NCBI GenBank assembly: GCA_044370795.1
Contig: JBILUW010000001.1
Location: 1 to 54,469 of the forward strand
DNA: 54,469 nucleotides
Origin: Burkholderiaceae bacterium
GTDB lineage: Bacteria; Pseudomonadota; Gammaproteobacteria; Burkholderiales; Burkholderiaceae_E
Direction: 5' to 3'
The notes below the pieces were generated by a model. The model was given only the letters and a program-made list of their open reading frames with translations, was not told where the DNA came from and searched no databases. The position numbers were made by a program, and so were the translations under genes. Of the stretch, positions 30,479-39,153 are shown piece by piece. The number at the start of each line of letters is the position of its first letter. The first letter of the stretch is position 1.

Positions 30479-31761
30479 CGCTCGACCTTTCGTTCGACTG
30501 GTTGCGCGCGCTCATCCTGTGGTTCCAGGGCACGGGCCTGTACTGGTTCATGCTCTTCTATTTCGCGGCCTATCCGATCGTCACCAGCATCATGTGGATC
30601 ACCACCTCCTGGATGTTCCGCATCCGCTGGGAGGAGGAGTCCGACGAGATAGTCGCGCCCAAGACCGGCTGGCCGCCGGTGACCGTGATCATCCCGGCCT
30701 ACAACGAGCAGTCGGTGATACGGTCGTCGCTGCGCGCAGTCATCAACCTTGATTATCCTGACCTCGAGGTCATCGTCGTCGACGACGGCTCGACCGACCG
30801 CACGTTCGAAGCCATGCTGCCGGTGCTGCCCAACGGATCGCTGCGGGTGGTGCGCAAGCTGAACAACGAAGGCAAGGCGCTCGCGCTCAACGACGTGCTG
30901 CCGCTTGCGCGCGGCGAGTTGCTGCTGGTGCTCGATGCCGACGCCCAGCCCGAGCCCGACATGCTGCTCTGGATGGTGCCGCACTTCAGCTTCGGCCGGA
31001 CGGCGGCGGTCACGGGCAACCCTCGGGTGCGCAACACCAACGGGTTCCTCACCCGGCTGCAGGCGATCGAGTTCTCGTCGATCGTCAGCCTGTTGCGGCG
31101 CTCGCAGCGCATCTGGGGCCGCATCACGACGGTATCGGGCGTCGTGACCATGCTGCGCAAGAGCGCCGTCATCGACGTGGGTGGATTCAGCCCGAACATG
31201 CCCACCGAGGACATCGAGCTCACCTGGAAACTGCAGAAGCGCTTCTACGACGTGCGCTACGAGCCCCGGGCGATCTGCTGGATGACGGTGCCGGAGTCGC
31301 TGCGCGGCCTGTGGCGCCAGCGGCTGCGCTGGGCGCGGGGACTGATGCAGGTGATGCGCAAGCACCATGACGTGTTCATGCACTGGAAGTTCCGCCGGAT
31401 GTGGCCCGTCTTCACCGAGTCGATCATGTCGACGTTCTGGTGCATCTGCTTCGTCGTGCTCACCGGTATCTGGTTCCTGTGTCTGGCGCTGGGCATGCCG
31501 CTGGCCGGCGCCACGCCATTCCCCAACCTCTGGGGCATGACGATCGGCACGATCTGCATCCTGCAACTGGGCACCGGGGCGCTGATCGACCGCCGCTACG
31601 ACCCGTTCATCGGCCGGTATTTCCCGTACGCGGTGTGGTACCCGATCATTTACTGGGCGATCCTGGCCTGCGCGACGGTGGCTTCTCTGCCTTATCTGCT
31701 GCGCCGGCCGGGCAAGGACTCCATCACCTGGAACACCCAGCGCAAGGGGAGGGCGGCATGA
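30475..31761 (+). CDS. pgaC: Poly-beta-1,6-N-acetylglucosamine synthase PgaC/IcaA-like processive GT2
   Basis: IPAYNE; VDDGSTD; GKALALN; DADA; AVTGNPRVRN..GFLTRLQAIEFSSI; TVSGV; TEDIELTWKLQ; YEPRAICWMTVPESLRGLWRQRLRWARG; WYPIIYW. Confidence 0.85.
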   Translation: MTLDLSFDWLRALILWFQGTGLYWFMLFYFAAYPIVTSIMWITTSWMFRIRWEEESDEIVAPKTGWPPVTVIIPAYNEQSVIRSSLRAVINLDYPDLEVIVVDDGSTDRTFEAMLPVLPNGSLRVVRKLNNEGKALALNDVLPLARGELLLVLDADAQPEPDMLLWMVPHFSFGRTAAVTGNPRVRNTNGFLTRLQAIEFSSIVSLLRRSQRIWGRITTVSGVVTMLRKSAVIDVGGFSPNMPTEDIELTWKLQKRFYDVRYEPRAICWMTVPESLRGLWRQRLRWARGLMQVMRKHHDVFMHWKFRRMWPVFTESIMSTFWCICFVVLTGIWFLCLALGMPLAGATPFPNLWGMTIGTICILQLGTGALIDRRYDPFIGRYFPYAVWYPIIYWAILACATVASLPYLLRRPGKDSITWNTQRKGRAA

Positions 31762-33539
31762 AGACGGTGGCGGGCGCAGTTGCTGTGGCGGGAGCGCTGG
31801 TCGCGCTCCAGCCCGTGCTCGCCCAGACCCGCTCGCCGGCCTACACGGTGCGCGGCGGCACGCAGGTTGCCGTGCCCTTCCGGCCGGAAGTCCAGGCCGA
31901 TCTTGCCAGCGCCCGCCGCCTGGCCCAGGCCAACGACTACCGGACGGCTCTGCCCATCTACCAGATGCTGCTGGCCTCCGACCCGGCCGATGTCGAGATG
32001 TCGATCGAGGTCGCGCGGGTGCTGGGCTTTGCCGACCGCAACGCCGAGTCGGCGGCGCTCTATCGGCGCGTGGTCGCGATGGCGCCGGCCCGGCGCACCG
32101 AACTGCTGGAGTCGCTCGCCTGGCAGACGCTCTGGGGCGGCGATGCCGCGGCAGCCGAGCCGATGTTCGTCGAACTCGCGGGCATGCCCCTGACCACGCA
32201 GCAACGCGCCGGCGCCTGGCGGGGAGCCGCCGAGGCGCGACAGAGCCTGGGCCGGCTCGACGACTCGCTGCGCGGCTACGACGCCGCCATCGCGCTTGCG
32301 CCCGACGATCGCGCGCTGCAACGGCGGCGCGCCCAGATGCTGCTGTGGCTCGACCGCCACGCCGAGTCCATCGCCGCCTACGAGGCGCTGGTCGCGGCCG
32401 ACCCTGCCGACCGCCTGACCCAGGTCGGACTGGCCCAGGCCCTGAACTTCTCGGGTCAGCACCGACGTGCGCTCGCGACCTGGACCGAAGCGGGCGCGCC
32501 GGTCGGCCCCGACGAGCAGCGCGAGGTTGCGCGCGGTCTGGCCTGGGCGGGCTTTCCTGACATGGCGTACGGCGCGCTGCAGGACGCCACCCTGCCCGAT
32601 GCGGTTTTCCTGCGCGACTGGCGGGTGCGCCGCGAGGTCAGGCCTGCAGCCTGGGCTGCCTACGAGTGGTCGCGCGATCGGGATCGGCTCGACACCCGGG
32701 CCCTGACGCTGGGCACGCAGGTAAGGCTTGCGCCCGCGCGCACGCTCGAGTTCGCCTGGCGCCGGTTCGATCTTTCCGAGCCGGCTGGGGCGGCCCGCGG
32801 CGATCGGCTCTCGGCTGGCTACGCGTGGCGCATCGGTGACCCCTACGGCAGAGCGGGCACGCTGTGGCCGAGCATCACGCTCGCTGCCAACCAGTATCCC
32901 GGGTGGGCGCCGATCTCGGGGGCGGCACGTCTGCGCTGGGTGCCGCGCGATCTGGTTCGTATCGACGCCGAGATGTCGCGCGAGATCGTCGAGACGGCCA
33001 CGGCCCTTGCCAACCGGGTGTCGGTCAATACCGCGAGCCTGGGTTTCGATCTGAGGCCCGTGCCCCGGGTCTCGGCCGGCGGTAGCGCTTCGTTGCTGCG
33101 CTTCGACGACGGCAACCTGCGCGCCCGGGTTGCCGCCCGCGCCGACTACGCGCTGCGCTTTTCACCCAAGATCGTCGTCGGGCTCGAAGGCCAGGCGTTT
33201 CGCAGCAGCGACCCCACCAGCGACCAGCGTCCCGGTCGCGGCTACTGGAATCCGCGCAGCTACCACGAGGCGCGCGCCTATGTCGGCGCGTTCCACGACT
33301 TCCAGCCCTGGGAGTTCCAGGGGCGGGTCGGCTTCGGTGTCTCGCGCGAGGTCGACGGCTTCGGCAACAGCGCCAGCGGCACGCCCAACGTCTGGGAGCT
33401 CGCCCTCGCGCGCGACTTCGGTCCGGGCTGGCGTGGTCGCCTTTTCGCCGGTGGCTCGGGCAGCAACTTCGGCACGGCATCGGGCGGAACCGGCTACTGG
33501 CGCCGCTTCGCTGGCGCAGGGCTCACCGGTTGGTGGTAA
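31758..33539 (+). CDS. TPR-repeat + outer-membrane beta-barrel protein (PgaA/YaiO-like export porin)
   Basis: Signal peptide (...ALQPVLA-Q); TPR-like helical repeats in the N-terminal half; amphipathic beta strands with GYWNPRSY; ends in aromatic residues (GLTGWW); overlaps the pgaC stop. Confidence 0.72.
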   Translation: MKTVAGAVAVAGALVALQPVLAQTRSPAYTVRGGTQVAVPFRPEVQADLASARRLAQANDYRTALPIYQMLLASDPADVEMSIEVARVLGFADRNAESAALYRRVVAMAPARRTELLESLAWQTLWGGDAAAAEPMFVELAGMPLTTQQRAGAWRGAAEARQSLGRLDDSLRGYDAAIALAPDDRALQRRRAQMLLWLDRHAESIAAYEALVAADPADRLTQVGLAQALNFSGQHRRALATWTEAGAPVGPDEQREVARGLAWAGFPDMAYGALQDATLPDAVFLRDWRVRREVRPAAWAAYEWSRDRDRLDTRALTLGTQVRLAPARTLEFAWRRFDLSEPAGAARGDRLSAGYAWRIGDPYGRAGTLWPSITLAANQYPGWAPISGAARLRWVPRDLVRIDAEMSREIVETATALANRVSVNTASLGFDLRPVPRVSAGGSASLLRFDDGNLRARVAARADYALRFSPKIVVGLEGQAFRSSDPTSDQRPGRGYWNPRSYHEARAYVGAFHDFQPWEFQGRVGFGVSREVDGFGNSASGTPNVWELALARDFGPGWRGRLFAGGSGSNFGTASGGTGYWRRFAGAGLTGWW

Positions 33540-33549
33540 GCGCATCGGC

Positions 33550-33555
33550 TAGAAT
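33550..33555 (+). promoter_or_regulatory. Candidate sigma70 -10 element (TAGAAT) for the DUF2863-like gene
   Basis: gctagaat, about 35 bp upstream of ATG 33589; no convincing -35 identified. Confidence 0.4.
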
Positions 33556-33588
33556 AGGGGGTTACGCGCAAGCCCCCGTGAAGGCCTC

Positions 33589-34794
33589 ATGAAAGAAGTC
33601 CGTCATCCCCGCGGCCTGCGGGAACGCAAGTCTCATCTGTCGCCCGACGCCGAGCGTCTGGTCGCCGCGGCGCTGGGGCTCTCGAACTCCGGCAGCCGCG
33701 TCGAGGATCGTTACTGGGAATCGGCTCTGGGCGCTCGTCTCGAGCGCCTGCTCGACGGCGGGCACGCCCAGGCGATAGACGACGCCCTCGATCGCCTCCA
33801 CCAGACCGACGGCGAAGCCTACAGCGCGCTCATCGAGGCGGTCGAGGACGCCGCCGAGTCGGTGCGCATCGAGGTCGATGGCGCTCCTTGGCAGTGCCTG
33901 CTGGTGGCCGCGCCCATGGTGGTCTGGACGCGCTTTCGCATTCCGGCGGGCCCGCTGCCGGCCGAGGCCGCGCGGGTCCTCGCCACGCACTGGGAGGCGC
34001 ATGTGCTGGCTGCGCAGGCCCGCTTCCGGCTGTCGCCCTACCTCTACAGCGTCGATCAGATGCCCCGCGATTTCGTCGATCTGCGCCGGCTCACGCGCAA
34101 GCTCGGCACCGCCGCGGTCGGCGGGCAGCCGCTGCGGCTCGATCTTCGTCATCTGCCCGAAACCGCCGACATGCTGGCCGACACCCGCTTTCTGCTAGGG
34201 GTGGTCGCCGCGCCCCCGGGCAGCGCGATGTTCCGCTGGCAGGAAACCGAAGGCGCCGAGCGCTCCAGCCGGGTGCACTGCCTCGAGCAATGGATCGCTC
34301 AGGGCCGCCCGAACCTCGAGCCGCTGCTGCCGGGCTGCGGCTTCGAGTGCCTGCTGCCCGACGCCTACCACCTCAACCTGCGCGAGGCCGACAGGCGGGC
34401 GCGCCCGTACTCGATACGCGCGGCGGTGCACTTTCTCACGCATGCGATGTCCCTCGATCCCGCGCAGCTGGTGGCCACCGTGGCGGCCTTCGGCGGCGAG
34501 CGCGTCGACGAGTACCGCATCGGCCTGTCGGTCGGCGAGGTCGAGGAGGTTGCGCAGGGGGTCGCCTGGCCCTTGCTCGGCGCCGAGAGCGAAGCCGACG
34601 AACCTTCGCCGCTCGACACCATCCGCACCACGCTGCGCGAGAGCGGCGTCACCGACGTGCGCGTCTGGAGCGAACTCAGCGAACCCGACTACTGCGAGGA
34701 CTGCGGCGTGCCGCTGTACCCGAATGTCAAGGGCGACATCGTCCACGCCGAGATGCCCGACGACGTCGAGCCCGAAACCACGCACTTCCACTAG
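33589..34794 (+). CDS. Conserved betaproteobacterial protein (DUF2863-like)
   Basis: SGSRVEDRYWE; LADTRFLL; CLLPDAY; DEYRIG; WPLLG; CEDCGVPLYPN..G..VHAEMP, matching my recollection of DUF2863. Confidence 0.75.
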   Translation: MKEVRHPRGLRERKSHLSPDAERLVAAALGLSNSGSRVEDRYWESALGARLERLLDGGHAQAIDDALDRLHQTDGEAYSALIEAVEDAAESVRIEVDGAPWQCLLVAAPMVVWTRFRIPAGPLPAEAARVLATHWEAHVLAAQARFRLSPYLYSVDQMPRDFVDLRRLTRKLGTAAVGGQPLRLDLRHLPETADMLADTRFLLGVVAAPPGSAMFRWQETEGAERSSRVHCLEQWIAQGRPNLEPLLPGCGFECLLPDAYHLNLREADRRARPYSIRAAVHFLTHAMSLDPAQLVATVAAFGGERVDEYRIGLSVGEVEEVAQGVAWPLLGAESEADEPSPLDTIRTTLRESGVTDVRVWSELSEPDYCEDCGVPLYPNVKGDIVHAEMPDDVEPETTHFH

Positions 34795-34888
34795 ACAGCC
34801 CGAACGAACCGCACGCCTCGCCGGGCGGCGGTCTGGGGTCTATCATCGCCCCACGGCCGAGTTTGGCGGCATTCCCCGGGGAGACGAG

Positions 34889-35107
34889 ATGGCGCGGGTT
34901 CAGGTGGTGAGCGAGGTCAGCGGTTCGGTCTGGAAAATCGAGTGTGCCAGCGGCGCGCAGGTGGGCGCCGACGACACCATCATGATCATCGAGTCGATGA
35001 AGATGGAAATCCCCGTGGCCTCGCCTCGTGCCGGAACGGTCGTCGAGATCCGTGTCGCCGAAGGCGAGCCGGTCAAGGAAGGCCAGGTGGTCGCGATCAT
35101 CGAATGA
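34889..35107 (+). CDS. Stand-alone biotin/lipoyl carrier protein (72 aa)
   Basis: RBS GGAG; GSVWKI; IIESMKMEIPV biotinyl-lysine motif; GEPVKEGQVV. Confidence 0.9.
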   Translation: MARVQVVSEVSGSVWKIECASGAQVGADDTIMIIESMKMEIPVASPRAGTVVEIRVAEGEPVKEGQVVAIIE

Positions 35108-35114
35108 TGTGCGA

Positions 35115-35141
35115 GGGCGGCCGCGCAGGCCGCCCGTTCTT
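35115..35141 (+). terminator. Candidate hairpin terminator between convergent genes
   Basis: GGGCGGCC-gcgca-GGCCGCCC followed by gttctt (weak U tract). Confidence 0.4.
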
Positions 35142-35182
35142 CGGGCGCAGTGCCGGGCCCCGCGGGCCGCAGCGCCATGTCT

Positions 35183-36178
35183 TCAGTCGGTGGTCACCAG
35201 CACCTTGCCGACGTGGCTCATGCTCTCGGTGGCCTCGTGCGCGGCCGCCGTATCGCTCATCGCGAAGGTGCGATAGACCTGATGGCGCAGCTCGTTGGCC
35301 GACAGCGCCGCGTTGATGAACATCGCGGCATCGTCATGGGCCGCCTGCGGCATCGCATAAACGAGCACGAAGCGCACCGTGAGGTCTTTGGCGAGCATGG
35401 GCCAGAACGGAATCGCCGGGTCGGGCACCGCGTCCGAGGCGTAGGCGGCGATCACGCCTCCCGGGCGCAGCAATGGCAGATTGACAGCCAGATTGCTGCC
35501 GAAAGCGACTTCGACCACACGGTCTATGCCCTGGGCTTCGCCGGTGATGGCCTGGACCCGCGCGCCGACATCCTCGCTGCGGTAATTGATCACCTCATGG
35601 GCGCCTGCGAGCCGGGCCTGCTGCGCCTGTTCGTCGCGGCTGACGGTGGCGATGACCCGCTGCGCCCCGGCCAGACGAGCGATCTGCACTGCGTAGAAGC
35701 CAACTGCGCCGGCCCCGCCATGGACCAGGACGGTCTTGCCCAGCACCGGTCCATCGGCCAGCACGCAGCGGTGCGCCGTCATGGCCGGAATGCCCATGCA
35801 GGCGCCGTCGGCGAAGCTGGCCTTGTCGGGCAGCGGCACGGCCTTGTGCGCCGGCACGACCGTGTAGTGCGCGCAGGTGCCGTGCGGACGGCCCAGCGTG
35901 GCCTCGTAGATCCAGACGCGCTGGCCGATGCGTGCCTCGTCGACGCCCGCGCCGACCGCGTCGACGACCCCCGCGCCGTCCTGGTGCGGGACCACCCGGG
36001 GAAACGGCATCGTGACGTTGCCGCGGGCGCCGCCGCGCTGCTTGGTGTCGGAGGGGTTGACGGCCGAGACATGCACCCTGACCCGGACTTCGCCCCGACC
36101 GGGTTCCGGCATGGGCAATTCGCCGAACTGCAGCACGTCTCGGGCCAGGCCCTTGCGTTCGTACCAGACCGCTTGCAT
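35183..36178 (-). CDS. NADPH:quinone oxidoreductase (zeta-crystallin/MDR family)
   Basis: SAVNPSD; PHQDGAGVVDAVG; GIPAMTA; VHGGAGAVG; GKVLV. Confidence 0.9.
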   Translation of the reverse strand: MQAVWYERKGLARDVLQFGELPMPEPGRGEVRVRVHVSAVNPSDTKQRGGARGNVTMPFPRVVPHQDGAGVVDAVGAGVDEARIGQRVWIYEATLGRPHGTCAHYTVVPAHKAVPLPDKASFADGACMGIPAMTAHRCVLADGPVLGKTVLVHGGAGAVGFYAVQIARLAGAQRVIATVSRDEQAQQARLAGAHEVINYRSEDVGARVQAITGEAQGIDRVVEVAFGSNLAVNLPLLRPGGVIAAYASDAVPDPAIPFWPMLAKDLTVRFVLVYAMPQAAHDDAAMFINAALSANELRHQVYRTFAMSDTAAAHEATESMSHVGKVLVTTD

Positions 36179-36204
36179 CAGATGGTTCTCCGTTGGCGTT
36201 GGGT

Positions 36205-37911
36205 TCAGGCGCGAACCAGCCGCCCCGGGAGGGCGCCGGTGGCCACGCCCTGGCGATAGGTGACGCAGCCCGATACCACCGTGACATCGTAGCCGCTGGC
36301 GCCCTGGACGAAGCGGCGTCCGCCGGCGGGCAGGTCGCGGCGCACTTCGGGCACCTGCGGCGCCAGGCTGTCGAGGTCAATCACGTTGATGTCGGCCTTC
36401 ATGCCGGCAGCCAACGCGCCCCGGTCGTGCAGCCCGACGGCAGCCGCGTTGCGTGCCGTGAGCAGGTTGACGAGCAGCGGCAGCGGCAGGCGGCCTGCCG
36501 TACGGTGCCGGCCCCAGTAGCCGAGCAGCGTGGTGGTGAAGCTGGCATCGCAGATCGAGGCGACGTGGGCGCCGCCGTCGCCCAGGCCAAACAGCGCCTG
36601 CGGATGGGACAGCTGCTCGGCGCAGTGATCGAGCGAGCCGTACGCATAGTTGGCGAACGGCGCAAGCAGCAGGGCGCGGCCTTCGTCCTGGAGCATCAGG
36701 TCGTAGGCGGCCTCGACTGCGCTGCGCCCGCTGCGCCGCGCGATCTGCTCGATCGAGCGCTCGAGCGGCGGCTCGTAGTCGGGGGGCGAGCCGAGCTCGA
36801 AGACCCGGTCGTAGTCGTAGGGCTTGCCATCGACCCGCAGCATGGGCCTGGCCTCGGCCTCGAGCAGGATGCGGGCGCGCACCTGCGGGTCGCGCATCCG
36901 CGCCACCATCTCGGCGGGCGGCAGCTCGCGCAGCGCCATGAAGGTGTCTGAGCCGTGCAGCGGGCTGCGGTTGGCCAGCAGCCCGAAGAGCACGCCCACC
37001 GGGCGCGGCGCGACCTGCGCCGCGATCCGCAGGCCGGCCTGCGCCTCGCCGTGGATGCGCTCGAGGACCCGGCGCCAGTCCTCGGGCTTGCGGTGGCTCT
37101 GCGCCAGCGAGATCGATACCGGCCGGCCGCTCGCGCGCGCCACGCGGAACACCATGCCGAGCTCGTCGCCCTGGCTGGCGGCCATGTCGGAGATGATCTG
37201 GATGACCCCCTTGCCGGCGTCGGCCAGGCCCATGCCGATGCCGGTGAGCTCGTCCTCGGTGGCCTTCAGCGACGGCGTGGGGTCGCCGGTGATGCTGCGG
37301 TGATTCATCGAGCGCGAGGTCGAGAAGCCCACCGCGCCGGCGCGCGTCGCGTCGCAGGCGAGGGCGCGCATGCGGGCGATGTCATCGGGGGTGGCCGGCT
37401 CCAGGCGCGTGGCGCGCTCACCCATCACGTACACGCGCAGGGCGCCGTGGGGCAGTTGCGCGGCCACGTCGATGTCGCGCGGCAGGGTCGCGAGAAAGTC
37501 GAGGTACTGCGGGAACGACTCCCACTGCCAGCCCAGACCTTCGTGGAGCGCGGCGCCCGGGATGTCCTCGACGCCCTCCATCAGTTCGATGAGCCGGTCG
37601 CGGTCGTCGGCGCGCACCGGGGCGAAGCCCACGCCGCAGTTGCCCATCACGGCAGTGGTCACGCCGTGCAGGCTGGACGGCTGCATGCGGCTGTCCCAAC
37701 TCGCCTGTCCATCGTAGTGGGTGTGGATGTCGACGAAGCCGGGTGTGACCAGTCGGCCGCGGGCGTCGATCTCCTCGCGCCCGTGGCCCTCCACACGCCC
37801 GACCGCGACGATGCGCCCGTCGCTGACGGCGACGTCGCCGTCGCGCAGTTCGCCGCCGAGACCGTCGGCGAGGGTTCCGCCGCGGATGACCAGGTCGTGG
37901 GTCGATGTCAT
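36205..37911 (-). CDS. N-acyl-D-amino-acid deacylase family amidohydrolase
   Basis: PGFVDIHTHYDGQ; GVTTAVMGNCGVGFAP; VEDIPG; LGDGGAHV; DRGALAAGMKADINVID; GALPGRL. Confidence 0.9.
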   Translation of the reverse strand: MTSTHDLVIRGGTLADGLGGELRDGDVAVSDGRIVAVGRVEGHGREEIDARGRLVTPGFVDIHTHYDGQASWDSRMQPSSLHGVTTAVMGNCGVGFAPVRADDRDRLIELMEGVEDIPGAALHEGLGWQWESFPQYLDFLATLPRDIDVAAQLPHGALRVYVMGERATRLEPATPDDIARMRALACDATRAGAVGFSTSRSMNHRSITGDPTPSLKATEDELTGIGMGLADAGKGVIQIISDMAASQGDELGMVFRVARASGRPVSISLAQSHRKPEDWRRVLERIHGEAQAGLRIAAQVAPRPVGVLFGLLANRSPLHGSDTFMALRELPPAEMVARMRDPQVRARILLEAEARPMLRVDGKPYDYDRVFELGSPPDYEPPLERSIEQIARRSGRSAVEAAYDLMLQDEGRALLLAPFANYAYGSLDHCAEQLSHPQALFGLGDGGAHVASICDASFTTTLLGYWGRHRTAGRLPLPLLVNLLTARNAAAVGLHDRGALAAGMKADINVIDLDSLAPQVPEVRRDLPAGGRRFVQGASGYDVTVVSGCVTYRQGVATGALPGRLVRA

Positions 37912-38201
37912 CGTGCTCGCTCCGCAAGGATGCGCGCCAGCCGGGGCGTCGGCGCGCGACACCCGATCATACGGCCGATGCGCGGCTCGCGCAGGCGCGC
38001 GAGCCCGGCGCGTTCCGCGAGGACCTGGCCTGCCGCAAGGGCGAGAGCCCGTGGCACGCGCGCGCCAGCGCCCGGTTTCCACGCGGGCGCTGGCGCGCGG
38101 TTTCGGAAACGCTCGCCAACCGCCCTCGCGCGCTCGCGGCGGTCGTGCCCGGCCGGCTATCCTCGGAGCCCGGCCTGCGGGCCGCCCCCCACGGAGACGC
38201 C

Positions 38202-39152
38202 ATGCCCCTGGATGCCGACATCGCCAAGATCATCCCGCGCATGCCGCTGCGCGACGTGCCCACCATGACGCCGGCGAGCTCGCGCGAGTCGTTGCGGGCG
38301 CTTGCGGCCGCGCGCAATGACATTGCGCTGCCAGACCCGGGCAGCGTGCACGAGGCCACCGTGCCCGGGCCGGCGGGTGCGATCCCGGTCAGGGTCTACC
38401 GCACGCTGCGCCCGCTCGCGCCCACGGTGGTCTACTTCCATGGCGGCGGCTGGGTAGCCGGCGACCTCGACACGCACGACCGGGCCGCGCGCACGCTCGC
38501 GATCGAGCTCGACGCCACGGTGGTCAGCGTTCATTATCGGCGCCCGCCCGAGGACCGATTTCCCGCGGCCTTCGACGACGCGCTCGCCGCAGTGCGGCAC
38601 GTCGGCGCCAATCTGGCCTCGTACGGCGGTGCCGGGCAACCGCTGGCGGTCGCCGGCGACAGCGCCGGCGGCAATCTCGCGGCTGCTGTCGCCATCGCCG
38701 CGCGCGACGCGGGGCCACGGTTGCACGCGCAACTTCTCGTCTATCCGGTCACCGACGTGCTCGGCCACTTCCGCGACCCCGAACTCAACCGCAGCTATCC
38801 GTCGCGCGATGCCAATGCCGAGGGCTACTTCCTGTCGCTCGCGGTGATGCAGTGGTTCTCCGACCACTACCTTGGCGACAGCGGCCGCGCCGCCGATCCG
38901 CGCGTCTCGCCGATGCGCGCGCCCGGCCTCGCGGGGCTGCCGCCCACGGTGCTGTGCACCGCGCAGTTCGATCCGCTGCGCGACGAGGGCGAGGCTTACG
39001 CGCAGGCGCTGCGCCGGGCGGGCGTGCGGGTGCTCGAGCACCACGGCGCCGGCCTCATCCACGGCTACTTCGGCATGGGTGCCGCGGCGCCGGCGGCGGC
39101 CGACGAGGCCCGCCGCGTGCGCGCCGATTTCCGCATGCTGCTGGAGTCCTGA
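38202..39152 (+). CDS. Alpha/beta hydrolase, hormone-sensitive-lipase family esterase
   Basis: HGGGW oxyanion motif; GDSAGG nucleophile; FDPLRDEG; IHGY; RBS GGAG. Confidence 0.93.
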   Translation: MPLDADIAKIIPRMPLRDVPTMTPASSRESLRALAAARNDIALPDPGSVHEATVPGPAGAIPVRVYRTLRPLAPTVVYFHGGGWVAGDLDTHDRAARTLAIELDATVVSVHYRRPPEDRFPAAFDDALAAVRHVGANLASYGGAGQPLAVAGDSAGGNLAAAVAIAARDAGPRLHAQLLVYPVTDVLGHFRDPELNRSYPSRDANAEGYFLSLAVMQWFSDHYLGDSGRAADPRVSPMRAPGLAGLPPTVLCTAQFDPLRDEGEAYAQALRRAGVRVLEHHGAGLIHGYFGMGAAAPAAADEARRVRADFRMLLES

Positions 39153-39153
39153 G

